This document shows, one piece after another, positions 9,044 through 18,005 of a stretch of 64,000 bases of DNA (its first letter is position 1; each line of letters opens with the position of its first letter). The notes beneath the pieces were generated by a model. It was not told where the DNA came from. It saw only the letters and a list, made by a program, of their open reading frames with translations, and searched no databases. A program made the position numbers and the translations under genes. The stretch comes from Nitrospirota bacterium (GTDB lineage Bacteria > Nitrospirota > UBA9217), in assembly GCA_963754875.1 (NCBI GenBank), contig CAVWHO010000016.1:584586-648585 (forward strand), read 5' to 3'.

Positions 9044-9826
9044 ATGTCCGATAAGCACTCAGAACTTTTCGATCAATTATACTGCGACAATCAGCCAAAG
9101 GTATATAGACTCGCCTTGTCGCTTGCCGGTAATGCGCACGACGCCGAGGACATAACTCAGGAGGCATTTTTCCGCGCTTTTCGCGCCTATGAAACCTTTC
9201 GCAATGAGAGCTCTTTTTTCACCTGGATCTATCGAATCGCCCTGAACGTTGCCAATGACCATCTGAAATATCGAAGCAAGCTGCCCTACCAGTCTTTGAC
9301 CGAAGACCAGGGTTACTCTTTCGAAGAGGTCATCGACATGAATCCTGCGAACAATCCTGAAACCGAGCTTCTTGCTTACCAAGTCAGGATCAAATGCCTT
9401 CATGCCTTGACGGAGTGCCTGCAGGCGAACGAGCGAAAGGTCTTTTGCCTGGCCGTCACCCTGGACCTGCCGCACAAACAAATTGCCGAAATCCTGGAAT
9501 GTTCCGTCGGCTCCGTCAAAACAACGCTGCACCGGGCCAGGAAAAGGTGGTTCGGCTACATGGAAAACATGTGCCAGTTCCTCAAGAAATCCAATCCCTG
9601 CAACTGCAAGCAGTACGTACGCTTCGCCCTTTCTAAGGGCCTGATCTCAAAAAACCTCGCCGTCGATCCCCGCCCGCCGAGAATCATGCAGGCCAAAAAA
9701 GAAGTCATTAACCTGCGGACGATCCGTGATTTCTACCAGGACCTTTACCGGGAACATGCAGACGATTCGTTTGCGCAAAGAATCAGGGACGGCATACGGA
9801 ATAAAGAATGGACGATTCTTTCCTGA
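9044..9826 (+). CDS. ECF sigma factor with a Cys-rich C-terminal extension
   Basis: DAEDITQEAF, SFFTWIYRIALN (sigma2), QIAEILECSVGSVKTTLHRAR (sigma4), then a ~90-aa tail containing CQFLKKSNPCNC. Confidence 0.9.
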   Translation: MSDKHSELFDQLYCDNQPKVYRLALSLAGNAHDAEDITQEAFFRAFRAYETFRNESSFFTWIYRIALNVANDHLKYRSKLPYQSLTEDQGYSFEEVIDMNPANNPETELLAYQVRIKCLHALTECLQANERKVFCLAVTLDLPHKQIAEILECSVGSVKTTLHRARKRWFGYMENMCQFLKKSNPCNCKQYVRFALSKGLISKNLAVDPRPPRIMQAKKEVINLRTIRDFYQDLYREHADDSFAQRIRDGIRNKEWTILS

Positions 9827-9834
9827 TTTATTTT

Positions 9835-9862
9835 TGTAACCTTTCCCCTCCGGGCCGGTCTA
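9835..9862 (+). promoter_or_regulatory. Putative ECF-sigma promoter
   Basis: TGTAAC-N16-GGTCTA, 9 nt after the sigma stop codon and ~30 nt before the next ATG. Confidence 0.55.
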
Positions 9863-9894
9863 ACTGACAGATAACCCAAAAGGAGGATTTTTTC

Positions 9895-10326
9895 ATGAAG
9901 ACAAAAGACGACATCTCCCTCGTCGCGCCCTGCGGAATGCACTGCGGAGCCTGCCCGATGTACAAGGTTAAGGATGATCCGTCCCTGCGGGAAGCGCTGG
10001 TCAAGAGGATAAACTGGAACGGCATTCCCTGTTCGGGGTGCAGACCAGGCAAGGGACATAACCAGTTTATCGAGGGAACATGCCCGACGTACGGCTGCGC
10101 GACCGGACGAGGGCGCGACTTCTGTTTTGAATGCAAGGATTTCCCCTGTGCAAAATTGAATCCGGCGTCCGACAGGGCGGATGTCCTGCCGCACAACCTG
10201 AAGATATTCAACCTGAGCTTCATCAAACAGCACGGGGTGGCCAAGTACCTGGAAAAAGAACCCGAGATCAAGCAAAGATATTACCGCGGCAAGATGGTGA
10301 TCGGCAAAGGGCCGCAACTCGGGTAG
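9895..10326 (+). CDS. DUF3795-like Cys-rich protein (paralog 2)
   Basis: APCGMHCGAC, CSGCR, CPTYGC, FCFECKDFPC. RBS AGGAGG. Confidence 0.85.
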   Translation: MKTKDDISLVAPCGMHCGACPMYKVKDDPSLREALVKRINWNGIPCSGCRPGKGHNQFIEGTCPTYGCATGRGRDFCFECKDFPCAKLNPASDRADVLPHNLKIFNLSFIKQHGVAKYLEKEPEIKQRYYRGKMVIGKGPQLG

Positions 10327-10419
10327 ATCGGCTCCTATCACAAGAACGCTGCCATCTTGATGAAAATCGAAGAGATTTGCCGGCGATAATCAATAAATGT
10401 ATTGTTATAAGGAGGAGCC

Positions 10420-10851
10420 ATGAAAGACAAAAAGGCTTTGACGGCGCCGTGCGGTTTGGCCTGTTTCCTTTGCGATTTCTACGAGGATAATTTGACAGAC
10501 GAAGTCGCTGAATTAACGCACCTCAAATTCGGCGTGCCAAAAAAAGAAATACCCTGCAAGGGCTGCCGCGGGCAGGACGGGAAGCATTTCCATCTTCCGC
10601 ACGGGTGCGCAACTCTGGACTGTGTCAAAGCCAAGGGGGTTACCTTGTGCTGTGAATGTAATGATTTTCCGTGTGCCTTTCTCGCGCCGACGGCGGACAA
10701 AGCCGCACACTTACCTCACAACACAAAACTTTACAATCTTTGCCGTATCAAGAAGATGGGGCTTGAACGCTGGATCGAGGAAGAAGCAGGCCAGATACGA
10801 GAAAAATATTTTACCGGAAAATTTGTCATGGGAAGAGGTCAGGCTGATTAA
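10420..10851 (+). CDS. DUF3795-like Cys-rich protein (paralog 3)
   Basis: APCGLACFLC, CKGCR, CATLDC, LCCECNDFPC. Shares the tail LxPxxDxAxxLPHNxK with paralog 2. Confidence 0.85.
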   Translation: MKDKKALTAPCGLACFLCDFYEDNLTDEVAELTHLKFGVPKKEIPCKGCRGQDGKHFHLPHGCATLDCVKAKGVTLCCECNDFPCAFLAPTADKAAHLPHNTKLYNLCRIKKMGLERWIEEEAGQIREKYFTGKFVMGRGQAD

Positions 10852-10916
10852 GATGCTTCCGGAATATTGAACAAGAGCCATTATCAATAGCATTGGCCCT
10901 ACGAAGGAGATCAGCG

Positions 10917-11226
10917 ATGGCCGAGATACTGGAAGTTTTCGTTCATTCCACGAATCAAAAACTGGGTTATATTGGGAGAGCAAAGTCTAATGCTCCGATC
11001 GTTATGGACTACACGCCTCCGCTCGGTGATGGGCAGGGTTATATGCCCCTTGAGCCCCACGTCATTCCGGAAAATTTTTCTCGCCTTTGAGCTCCAGTCC
11101 AAAGATGCCGTGGATGCAGACGTGCAGAAAGCGCTCAAGCTTGCCGAAGACTCGGTCTGCGCCGTATGGGCCATGGTAAAAGGCAACGTTGAAATTGTGA
11201 CCGAATACAAGATGATGAAGTCGTAA
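10917..11226 (+). pseudogene. OsmC/Ohr-family protein with an internal deletion and frameshift
   Basis: N-terminal MDYTPPLGDGQGYMPLE jumps to C-terminal IFLAFEL...ALKLAEDSVCAVWAMVKGNVEI in another frame. The central helix with the first Cys is missing. Confidence 0.7.
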
Positions 11227-11382
11227 CAAGTCATTCTCACACGAAGATCACAAAAGACACAAAGAAAAACCTTAAGTGTTTTCAAGCGGCATTTCTTCGT
11301 GTCGTTGTGCCGACCTGTGAAATTTTGACTTCTTTCGAGACCATCACGATAGTCGCTGCATGAGGAAAGGACGGTCCAGGTT

Positions 11383-11910
11383 ATGAAAGAAATAAACAAA
11401 AACATACGTGTCCCGGACAAGCGGCTTGCCGCGGTCTGCGGCTTGTTTTGTCCTGCTTGCCGCGTCTTCATCGGAACGAAAGAAGAGCCCGAAAGGCTCA
11501 AGGCGATGGCCCTTCGTTTTCAAAAGCCTATTAAAGAAATGCACTGTAACGGCTGCCGGTCGGAGAAGCGCTGCTTTTACTGCGAGAGCAAGTGTACCAT
11601 GGCAAAGTGCGCAGCGGCAAAAGGCGTCGACTTTTGCGGCGAATGTGTGGAATACCCTTGTTCAAATTTGAAAGTGTTTCAAGCGGAGATGCCGCATCGC
11701 ATCGAGTTGTGGCAATCCCAGGCGCGCATTAAGGAAGTGGGATACGAAAAATGGTATTCGGAGATGATCGAGCACTATTCCTGCCAAAAATGCGGGACCC
11801 TGAATTCAGCCTATGACATAGCCTGTAGGAAATGCGGGGCAACACCGAGCTGTTCGTATGTAAGGCTCCATAAGGATAAAATCATGCAGCATCTTGCCAA
11901 AATGAAATGA
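11383..11910 (+). CDS. DUF3795-like Cys-rich protein (paralog 4) with an extra C-terminal zinc ribbon
   Basis: AVCGLFCPAC, CNGCR, GVDFCGECVEYPC, plus CQKCG...CRKCG. Confidence 0.85.
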   Translation: MKEINKNIRVPDKRLAAVCGLFCPACRVFIGTKEEPERLKAMALRFQKPIKEMHCNGCRSEKRCFYCESKCTMAKCAAAKGVDFCGECVEYPCSNLKVFQAEMPHRIELWQSQARIKEVGYEKWYSEMIEHYSCQKCGTLNSAYDIACRKCGATPSCSYVRLHKDKIMQHLAKMK

Positions 11911-11923
11911 GGGCTGCACAGTC

Positions 11924-12021
11924 GTAGGTTCGGTAGAACGAAGTGAAACCCGATATATGCTAAATACTTAAAGATCATTCAAATTGAGGCGTCGGGTTTC
12001 GCGTTGCTCTACCCGACCTAC
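11924..12021. repeat. GTAG-type REP pair (REPIN-like)
   Basis: GTAGGTTCGGTAGAACGAAGTGAAACCCGA and TCGGGTTTCGCGTTGCTCTACCCGACCTAC in inverted orientation around an AT-rich spacer. Confidence 0.7.
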
Positions 12022-12155
12022 TGGCTGTTCCTACGTAAGACTGCATAAGAACGCGATCATGCAGAAGGTTGACAGAATGGAGTGATTTACTCTTTCGCAG
12101 TGTCGGCAGACGATGCGGGACTCAAGATCGGATTTCGCATCTCTACCTCACATCC

Positions 12156-12821
12156 CTACCTGGTTCGTGCCAGTTGTGTGATATCCCCGTTTTCCAGGAT
12201 CTGCTTTGTAAAGCCTTCCGCCGTCGCTCGAATCATCACAAGCCCCACTTCTTCCAGCGTACAGACATACTTCGGGACAAGGGCTTTCCAAAACGGATAG
12301 AGCAGGCCGACGATTTTGGAAATACTATGTGCGTGCTTCAGGCCTTTCGTGGGCTTTATGAATCCCGGTCTGAACAAATACACGGCCTTGTACGGAAGCT
12401 TCATCAGGTCATTTTCCGTTTTTCCCTTCACCCGTGCCCACATGATGCTGCCTTTTTCAGTACTGTCCGTACCGGCGCCCGACACATAACAAAAGGTCAT
12501 GTCGGGATTGAGCCTGGACAACACCCTCGCAGCCTCCATCGTAAGGTCATAGGTCATTCGCCTGTAGTCCTGCTCGCTCATGCCCACGGAAGAGACGCCG
12601 AGGCAGAAATAACAGGCATTGTATCCTTTGAGACGGTCTTCGATCTTCGAGTAGTCAAAAAAATCGTCTTGAAGCAGTTCCGTCAGTTTGGGATGATCCA
12701 CCTTGCAGGGCCTCCGACCTACGGCCAGGACCGATTCTACGTCCCGGTGTTTCAACGCTTCGTGGAGCACGCCCTCACCGACCATGCCGGTGCCCCCGAA
12801 TATGATTGCCTTGATCTTCAT
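12156..12821 (-). CDS. NAD-dependent epimerase/dehydratase family protein
   Basis: IIFGGTGMVG Rossmann motif, ACYFCLGVSS, WARVKGKTEN, FRPGFI. Confidence 0.85.
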   Translation of the reverse strand: MKIKAIIFGGTGMVGEGVLHEALKHRDVESVLAVGRRPCKVDHPKLTELLQDDFFDYSKIEDRLKGYNACYFCLGVSSVGMSEQDYRRMTYDLTMEAARVLSRLNPDMTFCYVSGAGTDSTEKGSIMWARVKGKTENDLMKLPYKAVYLFRPGFIKPTKGLKHAHSISKIVGLLYPFWKALVPKYVCTLEEVGLVMIRATAEGFTKQILENGDITQLARTR

Positions 12822-12869
12822 AGGTCATCTCACCTCGCTTCAAAAACCTTTCGCTAAACGTCCTGCAGA

Positions 12870-13445
12870 TCACGGGGGCAGCATCTTCTCGATACGTCGG
12901 TCCGGGACCAGCCACATGATTGCGACAAGAACATACAGCCCGCATGCGATCCATGAACTAAAAAATGCCAGAGGAATCGCCGCAGCGTAGATAACGACCG
13001 ATACCTTGCCTTTGAAATCCCGGCCGACTGCTTCGGCCAGAACGGATTCCCTGCCGTGGAGTGCAATAAGAGTACGGGTCAGGATGAAGTAGGCGATCGC
13101 GGCAAAGAGCAGGACCACGCCATACAACGCAACAGGCCACGGTGCGAAGTTATTCTCGCCCGTCCAGCCGGTCACGAACGGAACGAGAGACAGCCAGAAC
13201 AGGAGATGCAGGTTCGCCCAGAGCACGCGGCCGTCGACGTGCTTGATGGCCTGAAGCAGGTGGTGATGATTGCTCCAGTAGATGCCGAGGAAGATGAAAC
13301 TCAGCACATAACTTAGGAACACCGGCGCCAAAGGGACGAGGGCCTCCCACCGTGCTTCACGCGGGATTTTCAGTTCGAGCACCATGATGGTGATGAGGAT
13401 CGCGATCACACCATCGCTGAATGCTTCCATGCGTCCTTTGCTCAT
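12870..13445 (-). CDS. TMEM175 (DUF1211) family potassium channel
   Basis: RMEAFSDGVIAILITIMVLE signature, SYVLSF, six hydrophobic segments. Confidence 0.9.
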   Translation of the reverse strand: MSKGRMEAFSDGVIAILITIMVLELKIPREARWEALVPLAPVFLSYVLSFIFLGIYWSNHHHLLQAIKHVDGRVLWANLHLLFWLSLVPFVTGWTGENNFAPWPVALYGVVLLFAAIAYFILTRTLIALHGRESVLAEAVGRDFKGKVSVVIYAAAIPLAFFSSWIACGLYVLVAIMWLVPDRRIEKMLPP

Positions 13446-13660
13446 TGTTGAGCACCTCTTAGAAATGTAAGCGAATGCTACTTCAAAGGTATGGCATTGC
13501 CCACGGAGAGTCAAGTTAAATGTGTTTTTTTTTAAGGGATCGGAATTGTTCCAGGGATCATGGACTATTGTGATTTCGTTAATAGTTTTAAGCCTTCGCG
13601 TCTCAGCGTAAGTAGTTGCCTTTGGTTTCAGATTGTTTCATAGGGGCTCGTTGAGAATAC

Positions 13661-13731
13661 TTGACACCCCCCTTATTTTCAGGTATATCTTACCTATCTG
13701 ATTAATCTGATTATGCGGATATTCCGGAGAA
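13661..13731 (+). promoter_or_regulatory. hgcC promoter with candidate operator repeats
   Basis: TTGACA at 13661, AGGTA-N5-TACCT inverted repeat over the -10 region, then 9-bp tandem repeats ATCTGATTA ATCTGATTA TGCGGATAT TCCGGAGAA. Confidence 0.55.
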
Positions 13732-14019
13732 ATGATGACAACGACTAAAAAAGCCAAAATCCCCATGGCCGGACCTTTCGGCAAAGGTGCAAGCTGCTGC
13801 GCCGTCGAGGCGCTCGTGACCGTTGACGAGCGGGGCCAGATGGTGCTCCCCAAGGAGCTCCGCGCAAAGGCGGGCATCAAGGCCGGCGACAAGCTGGCCG
13901 TGACGAGCTGGGAAAAAGACGGGAAGATCTGCTGCATCGCCCTCATCAAGGCGGACAACCTCGAGGGTATGGTTAAAGTAATGCTCGGGCCGGTGATGGG
14001 CGACATCCTCAATAAATGA
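13732..14019 (+). CDS. hgcC: AbrB/MazE/SpoVT-fold HgcAB-associated protein
   Basis: VTVDERGQMVLPKELRAKAGIKAGDKL (AbrB motif) flanked by two CC pairs, directly upstream of hgcA. Confidence 0.8.
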   Translation: MMTTTKKAKIPMAGPFGKGASCCAVEALVTVDERGQMVLPKELRAKAGIKAGDKLAVTSWEKDGKICCIALIKADNLEGMVKVMLGPVMGDILNK

Positions 14020-14099
14020 ACCTGCACGGCATCGAGTTCAGAATAAAGGATTTGAAACTAATGTGATTTGAACTTTCTTGTGTCAATCGAGGTGATCCC

Positions 14100-15185
14100 A
14101 TGCAGATGCAAACTCTCAAATTTGTTAAAAAAGAAGTCCCGCCGTATTCTACTGGCGCGGTGAGTACCCCTGCGGGCAGCGTCTTTCGTGTTTCTTCGGA
14201 CTGGTCCCGCGCTGACTACTGGGGCATGATCAAAAGCCGCAGCGGCGCTTTCCGGATGAATTATGCCGTAGCACCGGGACTCTATGCAATAGGCGATCCC
14301 ACGAAGGAGTCCGATGTTTTCGTGAGCGCCAACTACAAACTGAGTTTCGACATCCTCCGCCGCGAATTGAAAGGCATGAATGCGTGGGTCCTCGTGCTCG
14401 ACACCAAGAGCATCAACGTCTGGTGCGCAGCAGGCAAAGGGACTTTCGGCACTGATGAATTGATCGGCCGCATAGCATCAACAAAACTCGAGGCCGTAAT
14501 CAGCCACCGAAGGGTCATCGTGCCCCAGCTCGGCGCGGTCGGCGTAAACGCTGCAGAAGTCCAGAAGAAGACGGGTTTCCGGGTTTCCTTCGGCCCTGTT
14601 CAGGCAAGAGACATTCCTTTATATATTGAAGCAGACTATAAGAAAACAAAAGAAATGAGCACGATCCAATTCCCGATGATGGACCGCCTTGTTCTTACTC
14701 CTATGGAAATCAACCCCGCGATGAAAATGTTTCCCTGGTTTGCCGGCGCTGTGCTCATCCTGTTCGGGCTTCAACCTTCAGGTATCCTTTTTAAAAGCGC
14801 GTGGTCCGGGGGCTTGCCTATTCTCGTTCTCGGCCTCATCACTGTGCTGGCGGGTGCATTCCTGACGCCTGTGCTGCTTCCTTTTATTCCGTTTCGTTCG
14901 TTCGCGATCAAGGGATGGATCATGGGCCTCCTGTCCATGCTGGCTGTTGTACCGTTTCTCGCACCGGCTGTCCGGGGCGAGATCCTGCTACTCGTTGCAT
15001 CCTGGATCTTCTTCCCTGCCATGAGCTCCTATATCGCGCTCCAGTTCACCGGCTCAACGACCTTTACCGGCATGTCGGGCGTCAAGAAAGAATTGAAGAT
15101 CGGAATTCCTCTATATTTAACGGCTGCGGGCATTTCGATCGTTCTTTTGCTGGTCTACAAGATCAGGGAATGGGGGATTGTATGA
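14100..15185 (+). CDS. hgcA: Mercury methylation corrinoid protein HgcA
   Basis: Cap-helix motif NVWCAAGK (14415-14438), PGLYAIG, ANYKLSFD, PQLGA, GPV, C-terminal TM helices, FTGSTTFT. Confidence 0.97.
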   Translation: MQMQTLKFVKKEVPPYSTGAVSTPAGSVFRVSSDWSRADYWGMIKSRSGAFRMNYAVAPGLYAIGDPTKESDVFVSANYKLSFDILRRELKGMNAWVLVLDTKSINVWCAAGKGTFGTDELIGRIASTKLEAVISHRRVIVPQLGAVGVNAAEVQKKTGFRVSFGPVQARDIPLYIEADYKKTKEMSTIQFPMMDRLVLTPMEINPAMKMFPWFAGAVLILFGLQPSGILFKSAWSGGLPILVLGLITVLAGAFLTPVLLPFIPFRSFAIKGWIMGLLSMLAVVPFLAPAVRGEILLLVASWIFFPAMSSYIALQFTGSTTFTGMSGVKKELKIGIPLYLTAAGISIVLLLVYKIREWGIV

Positions 15186-15475
15186 AGTATCTCGCGAATG
15201 TGACAACGCTTCAGTATGCATCGGACAAGTGCGCCGGCTGCGGCAGGTGCGTCGAGGTCTGCCCGCAAGGCGTGTTCGAGATGCGCGACAAGCGTGCTAC
15301 GATCACGGACAAGGACCTGTGCATGGAATGCGGTGCCTGCGCCAAGAACTGCGATTTCGGCGCGCTTTCGGTCAATGCAGGCGTGGGCTGCGCAGCTGCG
15401 ATCATTACCGGCCTGCTTACGGGCAGCGAACCCACGTGCGGGTGCAGCGATACTGCCTCAGGAAGCTGCTGCTGA
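15182..15475 (+). CDS. hgcB: Mercury methylation 2[4Fe-4S] ferredoxin HgcB
   Basis: CAGCGRCVEVCP, CMECGACAKNC, GVGCA and a C-terminal CGC...CC. ATGA overlap with hgcA. Confidence 0.95.
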   Translation: MKYLANVTTLQYASDKCAGCGRCVEVCPQGVFEMRDKRATITDKDLCMECGACAKNCDFGALSVNAGVGCAAAIITGLLTGSEPTCGCSDTASGSCC

Positions 15476-15526
15476 CCCGGTTTCGTAACAAGATGAACTC
15501 GTAAAAGTCGAAGATAACACCTATGG

Positions 15527-15600
15527 TGTCTGGCTTGTCCGGAATCCTTCCTTTTCGGTGACTTATATTGCACTACGATTCCCGGCAAGCGGGAATGACA
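15527..15600. repeat. Degenerate REP-like palindrome pair
   Basis: TGTC..GGCTTGTCCGGAATC and GATTCCCGGCAAGCGGGAATGACA. Confidence 0.5.
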
Positions 15601-15658
15601 ACGCGTTACGAAATCTCTGCCAAGGATTTATTCTTCGATTGCAGCTGGAGGCCTTCCC

Positions 15659-15931
15659 ATGTACTTTATGTCCATTAACAAGTTTAAGCACGACGCGGAC
15701 CGGACACAGATCAACAAGGTTATTCTCGCCCACCGCGAATGGGCCAAGCAGCAGCTTGCCGCAGGGACATTGGTTCAAGCGGGCAAGTGGGGCGAGCGGG
15801 GCGGCATGATCATCATCAAGGCGGAGAGCATAGCAGAAGCGGAAAAAATCGTTGACCAGGACCCGTTCGCACTGGCAGGACTTATCGAATTTGAAACGGC
15901 GCAGCTCCACGCTGCTGTACCGTTTAAGTAG
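15659..15931 (+). CDS. YciI-family protein
   Basis: AHREW, LVQAG, GGMIIIKAES, DQDPF motifs. RBS GGAGG. Confidence 0.8.
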   Translation: MYFMSINKFKHDADRTQINKVILAHREWAKQQLAAGTLVQAGKWGERGGMIIIKAESIAEAEKIVDQDPFALAGLIEFETAQLHAAVPFK

Positions 15932-15971
15932 CTTAAAATGGCTTTTGACTAATTATTCCCCCCCCCGTTCC

Positions 15972-16043
15972 CGTCATTCCCGCGCAGGCGGGAATCCAGG
16001 ATTCTCAATCTGTCACTGGATCCCCGTTTTCACGGGGATGACG
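15972..16043. repeat. CGTC-type REP pair
   Basis: CGTCATTCCCGCGCAGGCGGGAATCCAG and CTGGATCCCCGTTTTCACGGGGATGACG. Confidence 0.75.
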
Positions 16044-16074
16044 AATCAGACTCCAGGGAAGATTTCCCCACCCC

Positions 16075-16103
16075 TTGACATTCACGTGATCTTACTCAAT
16101 AAT
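16075..16103 (+). promoter_or_regulatory. sigma70 promoter
   Basis: TTGACA, 17 bp, AATAAT upstream of the OMP gene. Confidence 0.55.
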
Positions 16104-16141
16104 TAATTACTACGGTGCACCTAATTTCGAGGGAGGCCTTG

Positions 16142-17450
16142 ATGCGGAACATTTTCCGCTCCTTTCTGCTTGCAGTATGCATAGTCGGATCGTTTGTCCC
16201 TGCATCAGAAGCAGTTGAAGCAACGGCAGAAGTCAGCACCGAATTGCCCGCAATTCCCGACCGACGCAAACCCCAGTTCACGAAAGATTTCGGCTACGCC
16301 CTTTTCCCCTATCCCTACAGCTTGCCCGGCATCGGCACAGGCCTCGGACTCGTGGGTGGCGCAATGAACATCGCTGACACGTACACCGACGTTTACGGCA
16401 TCGTCTTCTCCGGCGACGTGCGGGGTGAGGCGTTCGGCGTCGCGGACGTCCACATCATCCCCCGTACGCTCATCCTCGATTTCGGCTACAGCGCGTTGAA
16501 TGAAGCAACCATTCAGAGCTACAGCCAGCGGGGAATGAACACGGACAAGCATGACTATCGGCTGCTTGAGTTCGGCGACACGGAATATTACGGCGCCCGG
16601 ATGACGGCGACGTTCTTTGACCGCCGCTTCGAAGTCTTCTGGGCATGGTATCAGGGGGCTTCAAAGCTGAAGAGCATCAGGGACAAGGACGGCAACGTTA
16701 TCGTCGAAGCGCAGGATGCCTCCCGGCAGAGCGGTCACGTCATGCTCTACGGGACCCACCTCGACCTGACCGACGACTACTCTGATCCGCGCCGGGGAAT
16801 CCGGTTCTTCGTCACCCGGACGCAGTCCCCGCCTAGCGATTCCGGTCCTGATTATTACGTCATGGACTACAACACCACTGCCTATGTTCCCATCGGCAGG
16901 CGCAGCACCTGGGCGTTCAATTTTCTCCGGTCCGATGCCGTCGTCATCCACCAGGGCGAAACAGACCCCGCAAAGCTCCAGCAGCAACAGGGACTGAACT
17001 GCAGCGACCCGACGCTCACCGCAGAGGAGCAGCAATTCTGTACGGAGGTGATCGCCAACATGATCGCGAACAACAAGTACGGCACAGCTTCGTCACTTGG
17101 CGGCTTCAGCCGGCTGCGCGCCTATCCCCAGGGCCGCTTCCAGGGAGCCCATACGCTGTTCTACGGCACCGAGCTACGCTGGAATCTGACTGACGAACGG
17201 ACGCCGTTCAACATCTTCGTCATGAAGGACGTACGGACGTCAGTGCAGATCGCCCTGTTCTACGAGCTCGGCGTCACGTCCGATGTGCAGAGTGACCTGA
17301 CCAAAAGGTCTAACATGCGTGACGACTACGGTCTGGGATTAAGGGTCGTTACAGCTTCAGGAGTGGTTTTCAGGGGTGATGTCGGGTTCGGCAAGGAAGG
17401 AGTGTCGCCGGAGACTCTTCAAGATCGGCTATCCTTGTGGGGAGATTTAG
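16142..17450 (+). CDS. Omp85/BamA-TamA-like beta-barrel outer-membrane protein (C-terminal indels; true stop ~17450)
   Basis: Signal peptide, LGGFSRLRAYPQGRF lid-loop motif, ELRW, YGLGLR. An IGYP-like end is recoverable across indels. Confidence 0.65.
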
Positions 17451-17474
17451 GAGAGGCAATCGTTCGAAATTCGG

Positions 17475-17891
17475 TCACTCCCCTATGATCTTCACGAGCA
17501 CGCGTTTTTTTCGCCGGCCGTCGAATTCACCGTAAAAAATCTGTTCCCAGGGGCCGAAGTCGAGCTTGCTCTTCGTGACGGCCACAACCACTTCGCGGCC
17601 CATGACCGAGCGTTTTAGATGCGCGTCTGCATTGTCCTCGCCGCTGTTATGCTGGTATTGGCTGGTCGGTTCGTGAGGCGCGAGCTTTTCAAGCCAGACC
17701 TCGAAATCAGGGAACAGGCCGCGCTCATTATCGTTGATGAACACCGAAGCGGTGATATGCATGGCGTTCACGAGCACGAGACCTTCCTGGACCCCGCTCT
17801 CGCGCAGGCAGTCTTCGACCTGCGGGGTGATGTTGATGAAACCCTTGCGAGACGGGACGTTGAACCAGAGTTCTTTGCGAAAAGATTTCAT
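17475..17891 (-). CDS. yjbQ: UPF0047/YjbQ family protein
   Basis: [32 protein letters not shown]. Confidence 0.9.
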   Translation of the reverse strand: MKSFRKELWFNVPSRKGFINITPQVEDCLRESGVQEGLVLVNAMHITASVFINDNERGLFPDFEVWLEKLAPHEPTSQYQHNSGEDNADAHLKRSVMGREVVVAVTKSKLDFGPWEQIFYGEFDGRRKKRVLVKIIGE

Positions 17892-18005
17892 AGAAACGAA
17901 AAGGACATTTAACCACGGGTCCCGCTGCGAGACACACAGATAAGCACAGATTTCAGATGTTACCGTGTGCGACGAAGTCGCCAGTGGTTAAGAACGTATT
18001 TGCTC

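Noticed and set aside
14801..15475. 224-aa ORF as an N-terminally extended HgcB
   Set aside because: The extension overlaps hgcA out of frame. The real start is ATG 15182.
15473..15496. Selenocysteine read-through of the hgcB TGA (CC-U)
   Set aside because: A terminal CC is the normal HgcB end, and I see no convincing SECIS hairpin or conserved extension.
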